Notes: generated by a model not told the origin, from the letters alone. A stretch of 64,000 nt of DNA from Octopus sinensis (GCF_006345805.1 NC_043000.1:150660001-150724000); one strand, 5' to 3'; shown: positions 39,236-52,510, counted from the first letter of the stretch. Made by a program: numbers and translations.

Positions 39236-40499
39236 ATATGGACAATGTTATCTCATGCACTCTTTTTTTTTTGTTCAAGGCAGTAGAGTATTTGAGGGAA
39301 ATTTGGCTATGATTTCTTGGAAGTTATTAAATCATTTCAGAGGCTTCAGTGTTAGCTCCAACAGTTTGAATATTCATTGTGGAGGTGGTTTGCGTAAGTT
39401 TTCTTTATAATCTACGAAATAGAGCATTAGATGAAATTACAATAAAGTGTAGGAGGATTTTTCCAGATATGACTAATTGTTGATGTGCATTGTTAAATAA
39501 AAGGTATGCTAAATCCACAATGTCATTGTTTCCTTGGTGTAGTTATTTTATTTTCACTTAAATTCTTAATGCCTTTGGGAAAATTTCTTAATTGATGGAT
39601 ACGCCTGATTATGGGAAGTCAAGCAAGTGATTCTCTTACGCTTGTGTGAGATAAATAAAATATCGATTGATTAGTCTAAACAATGCCAACATGATAAAAT
39701 AGGCGAGAAAATAGGAATAATGATCATCTTGGTGGAAAAGAGAATGTGTGGAGAGTAAAATTATTTGAATGTGATTAATATTTTACTTTTTAATGGGTTT
39801 CTTTATGTCTGGAGATAGTTACACAAAGCAGAAGCATAGATATGCAAATTAACCATATTTTTCTTTTTTTTTTTTTCAGAATAGGATATTAGGTGAAGAA
39901 TACAGTATTTGTGTTGCTATTTAATTGTAAATTATATATATTTGAAAAGATGCTATTATTTTTTTCTTATTTTCCCTTGAGAAATAGACAATATTTGGCA
40001 AGAATAGCATTTGATTGTTATGAGAATGATGATAGTGGGCTGGTTAAATAAATATTGATTTTTGTTGATATTATATGTAGCAAATGATTATATTCTTGAG
40101 AAATATAGTCGAAGGTATGAATGATGGATGTGATAACCAATTAGATTAAAAATACTATAGTTAAAGTTTTTCAGTGACTATGGTCAGTGCATTAAAAAAA
40201 AATGATTCGATACGCTGACAAAGGATGAGGCTTATTCAATTTGAGGACTATGATACATATCCATACTCATCTTTGAATTTAAGATGTGACCTATTTTCAT
40301 TATAAACATGTTAAAAATAGAACAGCATTGACCAAATTCGAACCACCAACCCTTTGATTACTGAAAGGCACATACAATACATTTTTATTTGTTACAGTTA
40401 TCATAAACCAACCGATAAGTCTTGACCAATAGATGGAGAGTATCCGCTAGGTTTGCTACAGTAGCTTAGCTCAGTGAACTTAAAGCATTATGAAACTCT

Positions 40500-40705
40500 A
40501 AGGTGCTTCAGAGTTTGGGATTGGCTATGTGAAGAATATGGTTCTTGACATGAAGTAGTTTCAACTGGGAATTGAATTTGGGCTCCTGGTAGCCTGAACA
40601 ATAACAGGAATTGAAGATCTTGTGGGAGTTATATATTTGAGAATGTGCAGTAGCAGCAGGGTGTGTAGTTGTAGTAATAGCAGCAGTAATAGAAGCAACA
40701 ACAAC

Positions 40706-40740
<35 letters not shown>

Positions 40741-41780
40741 AAGTAGCAGCAATTTGACAATGCTGCTAATTTCCACATTTTTATATACAAAGGTCATGAA
40801 ATACTTTGCGATTTGAGGTTGTGTATATATGTTGCTAAGAAGGTTGATAATTTAGAATTTGGATTAGTGAAAGAGTTCATATATGCACAGTAGTGGCACT
40901 TGAAATCTATGGTGCTGCTGATATATACCCTTGCTTGGTGGGAACGTGGTGTTATAACATGGCACTTGTAGATTACATTTTTACGTAGACACAAGCCTGC
41001 AACAGGAAATACTTGAGATGTGCAGCAGTTGCACGGTTTCCTACTTGCTCTGTAGTTAAGGTTTACTACTAGTGAGGTTGAGATTAGTTGGCTCGTTATC
41101 AGTGGGGAGAACCTAAAGTGTAATTTTTATTGGATTGGGAGGTGGTATTGGAGCTAGTATTTGCTGTTGCATAGGTAGGATTGTGGGATGATGGCTTGAG
41201 TCTAGTAATATTTAATTGAGGTGGGTTATTAAGGATTGTGCTATTGCTACTTTGTGGGCTGACATGGGGTGCAATGTGAGAGTTCAGGTGTTCAGAGGAC
41301 TGGTGTTGGAGTTTGCGTTTGTTCGAGGAGGTGGTTATGGATCCTAAATTAGGTGTGGTGGAGTAAGAGATTTTCACTGATGATTTGTTAAAGATGGGAT
41401 AGTATTTATGGTGTGGTGGAAAATTAGATTTTAGAATTTTAAAGAAGAGTTTAGGTAGAGATTTAACTTTGAGAGAGAAAAGTGATGCAAACCTTAGATT
41501 GTTTAGTGTGTGTGGCTGATCAGCAGGGGCGGAGCGCTTGTAGTTGTTATAGGCTCAGGGCGGCCTGTGGTGTGGTCAAGTGTGATGTGTAGGGTTTTCT
41601 TTTGGGGAGTTGTTGGATTGCAGTGGAGTGGAAGTAGTGTCTGTATAGTTAGTATTGGGGAAGAGATGTGCTATTTTAGTTTTAAGCTTAGTGTTGGGGA
41701 TATAATAGATTTTTTTATGGAAGCTGCTTATTTGGAGGGACTGATTATAATAAGGAATGTGAATGTTAAAAATTTCTAGA
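40500..41780 (-). mobile_element. Decayed Penelope-like element ORF (RT thumb/linker plus GIY-YIG endonuclease)
   Basis: LFFKILKSNFPPHHKYYPIFNKSSVKISYSTTPNLGSI..., then KPCNC...PVAGLCLRKNVIYKCHVIT...VYISST.DFK.HY.AYMNSF...ST.LATYIHNLK; interrupted by (TAG/CAG)n at ~40645-40750. Confidence 0.75.
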
Positions 41781-43340
41781 CCTTGCTTCCACACCCTAAA
41801 CTTCATCTCCAGTTCTGGCAGTGACTCAGGTATTAGAGCAAGGTCATCAGCATAGAGGAGCTCCCAGGGGCATCCTGTCTTAAATTCTTCTGTTATTGCC
41901 TGGAGGACTATAATGAATAAGAGGAGGCTGATCCTTGGTGAACCCCTACTTCTACTCGGAATTCTTCTCTGTACTCATTGCCAACCCTCACCTTACTGAC
42001 AACATCCCTGTACAGGACTTGTACTGCTCTTACCAGTCACTTGTCTGTTTCCAGTTTCCGCATTGACCACCAGATAAGGGATTGGGGGACCCTGTCAAAG
42101 GCTTTCTCCAAGTCAACAAAAACCAAGTACAGAAGTTTATTTTTGTCTACATATTTCTCCTGCAGTTGCCTTACCAGAAATATTGCATTGTGGTGCTTCT
42201 GTCTGGCACAAAACCAAACTGCATCTCATCTAGGCTACACTCTCTCTAATTAGTTGGGCTATGATCCTCTCTGTAACTTTCATCACCTGATCCAATAATT
42301 TGATACTCCTATAGTTATTTCTATCTAAAGCATCACCTCATCACCTTTCCCCTTGTAGCAGTTAATTATGGTGCTGCTACACCAGTCATTGGGTATGACT
42401 CCTTCATGAACTACCTGATTTATGATGCGGGTGACAAGACCATAACCCACATTGCCCGATATTTTAAGCATCTCAACAGTGATTTCTGATGGGCCAGGTG
42501 CTTTCCCTGTCTTCATATCCTTAATTGCTTTATCTACCTGGGTACTGTTGATTCGGATAGCTGGTCCCTCAATTGGGTCAACGTTTGGTAGACTCTCCTC
42601 CTCCCATTCATTCTCACATTCAGCAGTCTTTCATAATGGTTTCTCCAAGCCTCTTTCATTGCAGAATCATTAAATGCAAGGGCACCATCATCCATGCAGA
42701 CACATTTCTCTCCTATGACATCACAGTTTTCTCTCACACACTGTCTTGCAATCTGAAATACTTCAGTTCTTTGGTCTTCATGTCGCTGAACATTGGCAAA
42801 CTTCTTCTTTTCTGCTACTCCCTTGGCTATATACACCTGTCTCTTAGCTTCCTTTTTGGCTCTCTGATACACTCTCCTGCTACCCCAAATCTTCCAGGTA
42901 TTCCAAGCCTGTTTCTTTGTTCTAATGGCCCTATCTACAGTATTGTTCTACCACCATGTTACCCTGGGTCTGGAAGGAACTTTGCACTTGCCACAGATTT
43001 GGTCTGTGGTACTCAACAAGCTATCTCACAGGAATTACCAGCTGCCTTCTATGTCACAGGACTGTAACTCCTCCTCCCTATCATCAAATTTCTCTGTAAG
43101 GATATCCTTAAATCTCTGACCATGTGAAGGGCTCCTAAGCTTCCAAGTCCTTCTTTTCCAGATTGATCTGCTTTTTGGCATCCTTTTAGCCTTGAGTCTA
43201 AAGTCACTAATAACTAGTCTATGTTGCCATGTGCATTCTTCACCAAGGAGGGTTTTTGTATTTAAGAGCAACCATGCATCCCGCTGTCTGTTCCAAATCC
43301 ATTATAGGGGAAAGTTCCAGGTATGGTGTTTGCATAAAAT
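41780..43340 (-). mobile_element. RTE-clade LINE ORF2 fragment (end of APE through RT YADD)
   Basis: QHRLVISDF, MKTGKAPGPSEITVEMLK...IPNDW...YKGKGD, FVDLEKAFDRVP, PWELLYADDLAL; frameshifted. Confidence 0.88.
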
Positions 43341-43489
43341 AAGAACACAAACGATCCATTTGTGTTCCTATATATAGACATAGGCACACACAAACACACA
43401 TAAACATATATACATACACACAAGTGTATTGGTGTATACATATGCTTGTATATATGCGTGGACATGTTTATGTGTATATATTTGGGGCA

Positions 43490-43788
43490 CGTAACAAACA
43501 CCATCCGATCGTGGCCATTGCCAGCCTGGCCTGGCCTCTGTGCCGGTGGCACGTAAAGAGCACCATCTGAGCGTGGCCATTCGCCAGCCTCGTCTGGCAC
43601 CTGTGTCGGTGGAACATAAAAAGCACCCACTACACTCATGGAGTGGTTGGCGTTAGGAAGGGCATCCAGCCGTGGAAACATTGTCAGATCTGACTGGCCT
43701 GGTGCAGCCTTCTGGCTTCCCAGACCCCGGTTGAACCGTCCAACCCATGCTAGCATGGAAAGCGGACGTTAAACGATGATGATGAGGA
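43490..43788 (+). mobile_element. Family D RTE 3' end
   Basis: Modules plus GGAAGGGCATCC plus GATGATGA tail. Confidence 0.75.
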
Positions 43789-44999
43789 TGCTCGCTGTCA
43801 CTCTTTGCACATTTAACCCTCCTCTTATCTACCTGTTGATCACCTTTCCCCTTTCATTCAACTCCTCCTTCTTTCACTCGTACCTCTCTACCTTTTAACT
43901 CTTCACTCATAGAAGCTTGCAAACTATGAATGATTGCCTGCCCCTCCCCACCAGCTGCACACCACTCTCCATCACTCTAGCTTCACTAGCCCTATGTACA
44001 AGAAACTGTATTGGTCCTTTGGCATCACTCTACCTAAGTTCACTTTCCTTTTCTCCATCCATTTCCCCATTCACCTCAATCATTTCACTTTCAATCATAT
44101 CTTGTGATACATGCTCACCCACTGCCATCCGTCACTCCCTTTCTGCTTTTTTGTTTCATACTGTCCTCTCATACAACTACCTCATCACTTCAGCCCTCCC
44201 CTCTCATCTCTCTGGCATGACCCCATGTTTCCCTGCTACTCTCTTTTACTGTCTTTTTCTGGATCCTTGCTATCCTTATGTATCTCTTCTCTTACATACT
44301 CCCTTACCCCATACCTTCCACCAATACTCACCGTTACAAGATAGGATACCCCTGGACACCCTCTAAACAGTGAACACCATCATTCTCACCACTCTGTCCC
44401 TCTCTTTCTAACTAACCTCTGGCATTAATCCCTCTCTTTTCCCTTCTTCCTTTCATACTTCCTCCCTCAATAATATCTACTCTGTTACTCTCAACACTAA
44501 CACTCTCTCACAACTGTGAATCTGTTCCTCTCATCATGCTTCACTCTTTTTCACCACTTCACCTAAAATCATCACTCTCTTTTTGTCTCTTTTTATCTCT
44601 CCCTCTCTATCTCTATCCTGTTCTCCTTCAGTTAGTCTTGCAAGATGCAAAGCTACCTCACTAGTGCTGTGCTATGATTAAAGCACTCAATACACTCTGT
44701 AATGTGTCTGGCATTATGAAAGGCATCCAACTGTAGAAAGCATGGTAAAATAGAGATTGGAGCATGATGTCATTCTCCAACTTATTGGAATCTGTTGGCC
44801 TTCCAGCTCATGCTTGCACTGAGAGCAAGTGTTAAACAATGATGATTTTAACAACTTTAACTTCTAAAACTTGAAACTTCCATGCTTATGTAAATACACC
44901 CCTATCTGACTTTGTGATTTGTCACAAACAAGGGGAATTTCAACCATGTTTCATGGTTCGCTATCTCAACAGCTCCTTTATAAGATCCAGTAGCTAAGG

Positions 45000-46450
45000 A
45001 CATCATTAGGAGGAACCAGGTCTGGTTTCAGTCCCTACTCCTCTACCATTTTCGATGCGGTGCCCCACTACTTTCAGAGGTGTTTTCAGCTCTGATGTTG
45101 AATGCACTTTTTTCTTTTGCACTCCAGTAGCTAGCACCAACTAATTGTCATGTAACACAATCTATGCTTCAACTGACCAATGGAGGGGAAGGGCACATAG
45201 TTTTGGCCCGTGCCCTCTCTAGTGAGTCGTGTTAGTTTCAGCTCCAGCAACCAGAGCTGACTATCTGTCTGGTGGTAAGAAGCCTTCGAACTATCAGGGA
45301 GGAGGGCACGCGATGGATGAGATGGTTCCCTTGGCCCACCTGTCAAGCAGCAATGTTAAGTGCCAGCCAGCCTCACCTAGTGATGCTATTTCCCAGTTGG
45401 CATGGCTTTCAAGTCATTTCAGGTTTTCTCGTTTCAGCCATATGTAGAAGCTGGCTTTGTCAACTACCTCCTGTATCCTCCTTATTACTTTTCACAGCTC
45501 TGAGCTCGAAAATGCAAACCTTCTTTTAAATACCGTCACTATTTTCCTTTCAATGAAGCCTCTAACCCCCACTGTAATACTCGGCAGTCCACTCCTGTTC
45601 CCCACACTCTTCGATTAATCTCTCATACTTCCTCTCATTCCATTGTTCTGCATTAGCGATGTTCTCTTCCCATGGCACTGTCACCGCTAGCAAAATTCCA
45701 ATTTTTCATTGTGTTCCATAGGATCAAGTATGATCTTTTTTATGAGTGGAAATATTAAGTCTTTCCAAATCTGTGGCCAGCTCCCAGTATCCCTTCCATC
45801 TTTCATCTGTCTCGTATAATTTTTTTGAAGGCCTGGTCTTATGTCCTTTTCCCTCCTCCTGGAAGTATATCTTTCCCCGCTTTTCCACTTTTGGGTACTC
45901 TCCCCTATTATATCCCTTGATCTTCTCCTTGAGTGCTGTGCTTATGACACCAAGGACTTGATTGTGATGCCATGTATATCTGTCTAGTGCTAGCCTGTAG
46001 TTTGACAAAACATGTCTCACTGTTGCTTTCTCTCCGCATCTACATTCATCAATTCTTTGTATGTTCCACTGAACTAAATTGGCTGGTGAAGGCAAAACGT
46101 TAAAGGTAGACTTGATCTTGAAGGATATTCTTGCTTGTTTCCTCCTAAGCCCCAAATTCCTTCCATGAGATTTTGCGACTGACCACATATTCCTCCCATC
46201 TCAGGCACTGTCCCTGTTGACTACATTGCACTAAATGTACATTTTGCCTTTCTTTTTCTTCCTTTCTCACTTCATGTACCTCTGTCTCTTTCATCTCTTT
46301 TACTCTGCTCATGCAAAATGGCTTGAAATTGTGCAAACCTAGACTGGTTGTTGCCCCTTGTATCTCTCTGACTATATTGTCATGCCTTGGCTTTCTGATC
46401 ACACTGTTTACTGCTTCTTCCGCTTTCCATTTCCTCCCTATTCATACCTG
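45000..46450 (-). mobile_element. HERO-like (R2 group, RLE) retrotransposon 3' fragment
   Basis: QQGQCLRWEE, ISFKIKSTFNVLPSPANLVQW, C-x-C...H (zinc knuckle), RYTWHHNQVL, VTVPWEENI (RLE region), C-terminal VDKASFYIWLKRENLK*, then a putative 3' UTR. Confidence 0.8.
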
Positions 46451-47587
46451 TTGTTGGTGGTGGTGGTGGTGGTGGGGGTGTGTTCTAGGATGTTCTGATC
46501 TTCCGAATACCTTAGCATCATTATTGTCCTCACCTTTCCTACATTATATTCTTCGACGATTGAGGTTATAAGTTGTTGCAGCACAGTTTTTCCATACAGT
46601 GCAGTTGTATTCAGAAGAACCTGTTGGGTCAGATGACTTACAGTGTTTAAACTTAAAGTGTACTGCTTTAGAGCAAGTTCAATTTACACTATAGCCGAGC
46701 TTATATTTTACTCTCAGTGAAATAAGTTCCATAAATATATTGCTGCTGCTGCTGTTGCTTCTTTTTTTTTGTTTGCTGCTGCTGCTACTACTACTACTAC
46801 TACTGCATTTTCTTTTCTTTTCTTTGTTGTTCCCTTGATCCTCCAACTACAAAACGATTGCTAGTATTATTAGAGAAACAAAACTATAATCAGTAAACTG
46901 ATCGATAACTTGTTAGGAATATCCAAAAATCTGAGATCAATGTTTTCATTACTCTGCTATAATGTCATATCAGTCTATTAAATTGTCTATGTAAATAAGC
47001 CTTCATCTGTGTATTGATCCTCACGTTTCATCTGTTTGGTAAATATTAGTAAATTTCAGTTTATGTGAATGTAAATTGAAATGCTATTCATTCTTTTCTG
47101 CTTGACTTTATGGTTTTAGTGTTATACAATTCAGCTAAATGATACATGCTTGACTTGTTGGAATCTTCAAAGAATGTTTAATTTGGTTATTGATTATTAA
47201 TTTTAATGTACTGTAGCTAAGCACCATAGAATTAGAAAGATAAGCTTTTGGAAAACCAAGTTTGTGTGATTTGGTTTTGGTTTCTAGTCGAAACTATACG
47301 ACCCCCCCACCTTGCAACATCAATATTCTTTGGAAAGAAATGAATGTCACACCACACCATACCATAGCAATTTCTTTGCAAATTTGAGATCTTGTGCCAA
47401 TTGAAAAGGAAGTCAATTTTAATGTTATCAAACTTGGTTTTCTAAATCTAACTGCACACTCTTCTAACTTGAAAGAGCTTAAAATTAGCTAGCTGAACCA
47501 GGTTAAACTAAATACATGTACGATATTGATTTCAAAGAGAAAAACAACTTGTTTTAAATCTCTGAGCAAGAGATATGCAGTAACAGT

Positions 47588-48330
47588 ACCAAATAGTAAA
47601 GTTTATTTGCCAACATAATGTGGCAGTCCTATATAAGGACAATATTACTGTCTTTTAGGCCTCAGGAAAATATCTTTTCCAGTTGGCTACTGGTACACAA
47701 GTTAGAGATGCTAGTGATGACCTCCCTTGCATATACCGTAAATTCTTGAGTATAGTCTGCCCTTGAGTATAATATGCAGGGGATTTTTAGGGGGGGTGTA
47801 CCTCTGAAAAACCTAAACCTTGTGTATAATACGCACCCCTTCTCTAGCTATATAACATCCTTGGTTTGTAAAAATGTATACGGTAACGTCCTTTATTATT
47901 ATTGTATATATAACATAATGCAAACGTGTAGCTTTTTTGTGCATTTTGTTTGCAGAAAATAAAGAAATAACAGTAATAACGTTTAATAAATATTGCTAAC
48001 TGCAAGTTATGGATGATTTAAGGTATTTTCGCGCCTGACATCACAAAATGCGTTTGAATAAACATTGCTGGACAGCAAATAGAGACTTGGACATTGCTTA
48101 GGAAATAATTTTCATTTTTAACCTCGTATATAGTACGTACTAGGGATTTTGACCTTTAAATTTAGGGAAAAAAGTGTGGATTATACTCGAGGATTTACGG
48201 TACTATACGGGCACAGACTGTGTGCTGGTAGCCAACTGGAAAAGATGTTTTCTTGGGGCTGAAAAACAGTAGCATCATCTTTACACAGGGCTGCCACATT
48301 ATGTTGGCAAATAACCTTTACTATTGATTT
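47588..48330. repeat. Old ~110-bp inverted repeats flanking the pogo MITE
   Basis: AGTAAAGTTTATTTGCCAACATAATGTGGCAG...CCAGTTGGCTAC is reverse-complementary to ~48215-48325. Confidence 0.75.
47736..48200. mobile_element. pogo/Tigger-like (Tc1/mariner) MITE, 465 bp
   Basis: TA|CCGTAAATTCTTGAGTATA ... TATACTCGAGGATTTACGG|TA. Confidence 0.85.
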
Positions 48331-48351
48331 CAAATTTATACGTGTATAATA

Positions 48352-48545
48352 TCGGTTTCAAATTTAGGCACAAAGCCAGTAATTTCTGGGGTTTGGGGTA
48401 AGTGGATTACATTGTTCCCAGGTATTTATTTTATTGACTCCTGAAAGGATGAAAGACAAAGTCAACCTCAGCAGAATTTGAACTCATAACATAAAGACAG
48501 ACAAAATGCTGCTAAGCATTTTGCTGAGCATGGTAGCATGCCACA
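48352..48545 (-). mobile_element. Old family C SINE
   Basis: Reverse body AAAGGATGAAAGACAAAGTCAACCTC...TTTGAACTC. Confidence 0.65.
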
Positions 48546-48639
48546 TTTATAATATTAATCATTCCCTGGCCATATTTATAAAGAAATCTGTAAGTTTCTA
48601 TAAATTCTTCAAGTCTATAAGTTTCATTTAATTTTAAAA

Positions 48640-49058
48640 CAGGAGTGGCTGTGTGGTAAGTAGCTTGCTAACCAACCACATGGTTCCGGGTTCAGTCCCA
48701 CTGCGTGGCATATTGGGCAAGTGTCTTCTGCTATAGCCCCGGGCCGACCAATGCCTTGTGAGTGGATTTTGTTGACGGAAACTGAAAGAAGCCTGTCGTA
48801 TATATGTATATATATATGTATGTGTGTGTGTGTGTGTTTGTGTGTCTGTGTTTGTCCCCCTAGCATTGCTTGACAACCGATGCTGGTGTGTTTACGTCCC
48901 CGTCACTTAGCGGTTCGGCAAAAGAGACCGATAGAATAAATACTGGGCTTACAAAAAATAAGTCCCGGGGTCGATTTGCTCGACTAAAAGGCGGTGCTCC
49001 AGCATGGCTGCAGTCAAATGACTGAAAAAAGTAGAAGAGTAAAAGAGAGTAAAGAGTA
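48640..49058 (+). mobile_element. Family A SINE (a partial copy follows at 49206-49380)
   Basis: Full-length. Confidence 0.85.
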
Positions 49059-49749
49059 ATCAAGGATTTGGATTGGTTTAGTAAAATAAGTAACTTTTGC
49101 CAAAAAGGTCAACTAGACTCTGAAAGAAGTAGTCATTAAATCTTCTACATAGTGGTAATTGTCTTGGTTTTCGTTATATATAGTTTAGAAGTTTATATAT
49201 GTATAGGTACAGGTGTGACTGTGTAGGAAGAAGCTTGCTTCCCAGCCTCGTGGTTCTGGGTTCAGTCCTACTGTGTGGCACCTTGGACAAGTGCCTTCTA
49301 CTATAGCCTTGGGCCAACCAAAGCCTTGTGAGTGGATTTGGTAGATGGAAATTGAAAGAAGCCTGTCATGTGTATACATACATACATACATATATATATA
49401 TAGATATATATATCTAAAATCTTCTCTTTTCCCCCTTTGCACCACATGGGCTCAACTCACCGTCTATCTTCATCTGACACCAACTTCACCTCCTCTCTTC
49501 ATTTGACACCAACCCCACACCACTCCACACACACTAACACCAACCACTTCTCAGCACCCACATCATACACCTTCATCTGCACTCTCACAATCTTCAATAG
49601 CGTCACCACACATACCACAACATGAGCATCCACACACACTGTTTAACTCAATACACACACCACACACCCTCTCCCACATCCACACAAGCACATAATACCT
49701 GAACACAGACATGCTCATGAACCTTCTCTTATTTAGATCACTAGCACTA

Positions 49750-50470
49750 TTATTATCTCTCTTTCATCCAACCTCTTTTTTTATTGTTATCTCCCTTTAT
49801 TTCCACCTCTTTTATTTTGCAATCATTCACCATGTTGGATCACTGAACTCCACACATTTTCTTATTCTCTCTTTGTTTATTTCCTCTTATTCCTTTCTGT
49901 CGAAGAGCATAGGCTCGAAACGTAAAAGACTTTCATTTTTCCTGAGCATCAAACTAATACACTTGCTTGTTGTTCATACACCTGTCTTTATCTTTTGTCT
50001 TTGTATAAATATGAACTATCTCCCCTTCTTCCTAGCTCTCCTGTGTGACCCCTCTGCCTGGCATTCACCATGATAGATTGCTAGCCACTATACCTTTTTC
50101 TATTTTCTCTCCCAGTTTATTTCTGTGTTCCTTTCTTTCGAAGAGCGTAGGCTCGAGATGTAAAAGACTTTCTCACTTACCGAGCCTAGGAATTGAACTC
50201 ACAACCTTACGATCATGAGCTGAATACCTTAACCACTAAACCACATGCCTTCACATTCATTCAATTTACATTCTATCCAATTTGCTCGGGACATTAATAT
50301 TAGTTGATTTACAAGCAGAGTGTGTTCATGGATAACCTTTCACCTGTCTAGTGTATCGCATGTGATACACAGGACATATTTTCTCTGATGTCCATGTATC
50401 ATATACTAATACATCTGTTTGTTGTTTACACACCCGTCTTCATCTTTTGTATTTTTGTAAATTCTCACTA
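49750..50470 (+). mobile_element. Tandem Penelope-type pLTR units (family 2), two hammerhead-like motifs ~240 bp apart
   Basis: CTGTCGA-A-GAGC ATAG GCTC-GAAAC-GTA at 49897-49924; decayed copy CTTTCGA...GAGATGTA at 50135-50162; second unit split by a templated insert. Confidence 0.65.
50184..50404. repeat. ~220-bp local duplicate of 52439-52660 inserted in the pLTR unit
   Basis: Direct repeat covering a SINE head plus non-repeat flank; short junction microhomologies. Confidence 0.85.
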
Positions 50471-50479
50471 TATATATAT

Positions 50480-50514
<35 letters not shown>

Positions 50515-51250
50515 TATTTATGTGTGTATCTGTGTTTGTCTTTCTGCCATAGCTTGACAACTGATGCTGGTGTGTTTATGTCATTGTAACCTAGCAGTTT
50601 GGCAAAAGAAACAAATTCAATAAGTACTAGGCTTACAAAGAACAAGTCTTGGTCTCAATTTCTCTGACTAAAACCCCTTTAAGGTGGTGCTCCAGAATGG
50701 CCACAGTCAAATGACTGAAATAAGTAAAAGAACATAAGAAAGTAATCCTTCTAGTAAATGGTCATTACAAATCATAGTGCAATTTTAAACAGCTCCAATA
50801 CTATGGCAGATTCTATAATGTATGAGGACAACAGTAGCATCTTGCATCCATTTGATTTTTGCTTTTTCAATATGTAGCTTTTTGTAGATAGTCTTCTTTG
50901 CTGGATTGTCAATTTGAGATTTTGCAGCTGCAGTCATCCATTCATTGCATCTGATGCTGAAGGAATTTAGGTCAGTTTCCAGGAAATCTTTGTAATGGGA
51001 TGATAGATACCAGTGTCTGGTATTGTGTGAAACAAATTAGAAGTAATATATGTTGTTTGGTTGGTTTCTGTTGCAAAGAACAATGCATTAACAAATGATA
51101 ACATTAATAAATTACAATGCATTGCTGTGATATATTACAAATATCTTGTATCTTGTACTTGTTTTAGTCATTAGACTGCGGCCATGCTAGGGCACCATAA
51201 AATATTTTGTATTCAACCTCATATTTCATTTTTTTTTTATTGTACACACA

Positions 51251-51306
<56 letters not shown>

Positions 51307-51497
51307 ACACACACACAGAGTTGTTGTGAATTTGGTACCATTTCTTTTTTCATCCTTTTCCTAATTCTTTTACTTTTCTTTGGTAAAGAGGGTAATCATA
51401 GATCCGTTTCTTTGTCTTTTCATTTGGCGTATTTATTTCCATTGTATACACTCTTTGGTGTTTATTCCTTCAGTTTATTTTTCTAAATTTTCCCCAT

Positions 51498-51893
51498 GTA
51501 GCTTGTCTACCAACCACATGGTTCTGGGTTCAGTCCCACTGTGTGGCACCTTGGGCGAGTGTCTTCTACTATAGCCTCAGGCTGACCAAAGCCTTGTGAG
51601 TGGATTTGGTAGACGGAAACTGAAAGAAGCCCGTCATATATATGTATATATATGTATATATATATGCATGTGTGTGTTTGTGTGTCTGTGTTTGTCCCCT
51701 AGCATTGCTTGACAACCGATGCTGGTGTGTTTATGTCCCTGTTACTTAGCGGTTCGGCAAAAGAGACTGATAGAATAAGTACTGGGCTTACAAAAGAATA
51801 AGTCCCGGGGTCGAGTTGTCAATTAAAAGGCGGTGCTCCAGCATGTCCACAGTCAAATGACTGAAACAAGTAAAAGAGTAAAAGAGTAAGAGT
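51498..51893 (+). mobile_element. Family A SINE (head slightly truncated)
   Basis: Body and tail complete. Confidence 0.82.
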
Positions 51894-52184
51894 ATCGTAA
51901 GCTTTACTTGCCCTACCTCATATATTGTTATGTTATTCATCTGTTTGTCTCCTCCTCATCTAGTAACCTTCCTGATTTTACTTGCAATTGTTTTCTGTTC
52001 ATCCACATGTCTGTCCATAATTTTTCCATTTACCACAACATACAATATTGGTTAACAATCTGTAGATATGCTCCATGGTACATTTTAGTAACAGAATGAA
52101 ACACTGTGAACACATAGGTAACTTAATAATTGAACTAGCTGTCAGGAAGATGTCAGGTGCTCAAATTCATCTATTGAATTTAGG

Positions 52185-52510
52185 AGCACTCTGTTGATTA
52201 CGATGATGAGGGCTCCAGTTAATATGATCGCTGGAACAAGCTGCTCTTGAAATTAGCATGCAAGTGGCTGAGCACTCCACAGACACATGTGCCCTTAATG
52301 TAATTCTCAGGGAGATTCAGCATGATACAAAATGTGACAAGGCTGGCCCTTTGAAATACCGGTCCTATTCATTTTTGCCAGCTGAGTGAACTGGAGCAAC
52401 ATGAAAATAAAGTGTCTTGCTCAAGAACACAACACGCTGCCTAGGAATTGAACTCATGACCTTACGATCATGAGCTGAATACCCTAACCCCTAAGCCACA
52501 TGCCTTCACA
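52185..52510 (-). mobile_element. CORE-like tRNA SINE with tail X
   Basis: Minus strand GTGTTCTTGAGCAAGACACTTTAT (CORE-like), followed by the same tail as family B. Confidence 0.65.

Noticed and set aside
39880-39892. Candidate 13-nt microexon after a strong (T)nCAG
   Set aside because: Length is not a multiple of 3, the donor is weak (GTGAAG), and the flanking exons align to human without a gap.
40622-40816. Poly-Ser/poly-Leu ORFs (also 24699-25055 poly-Ile/Asn)
   Set aside because: Translations of (TAG/CAG)n and (AAT)n microsatellites.
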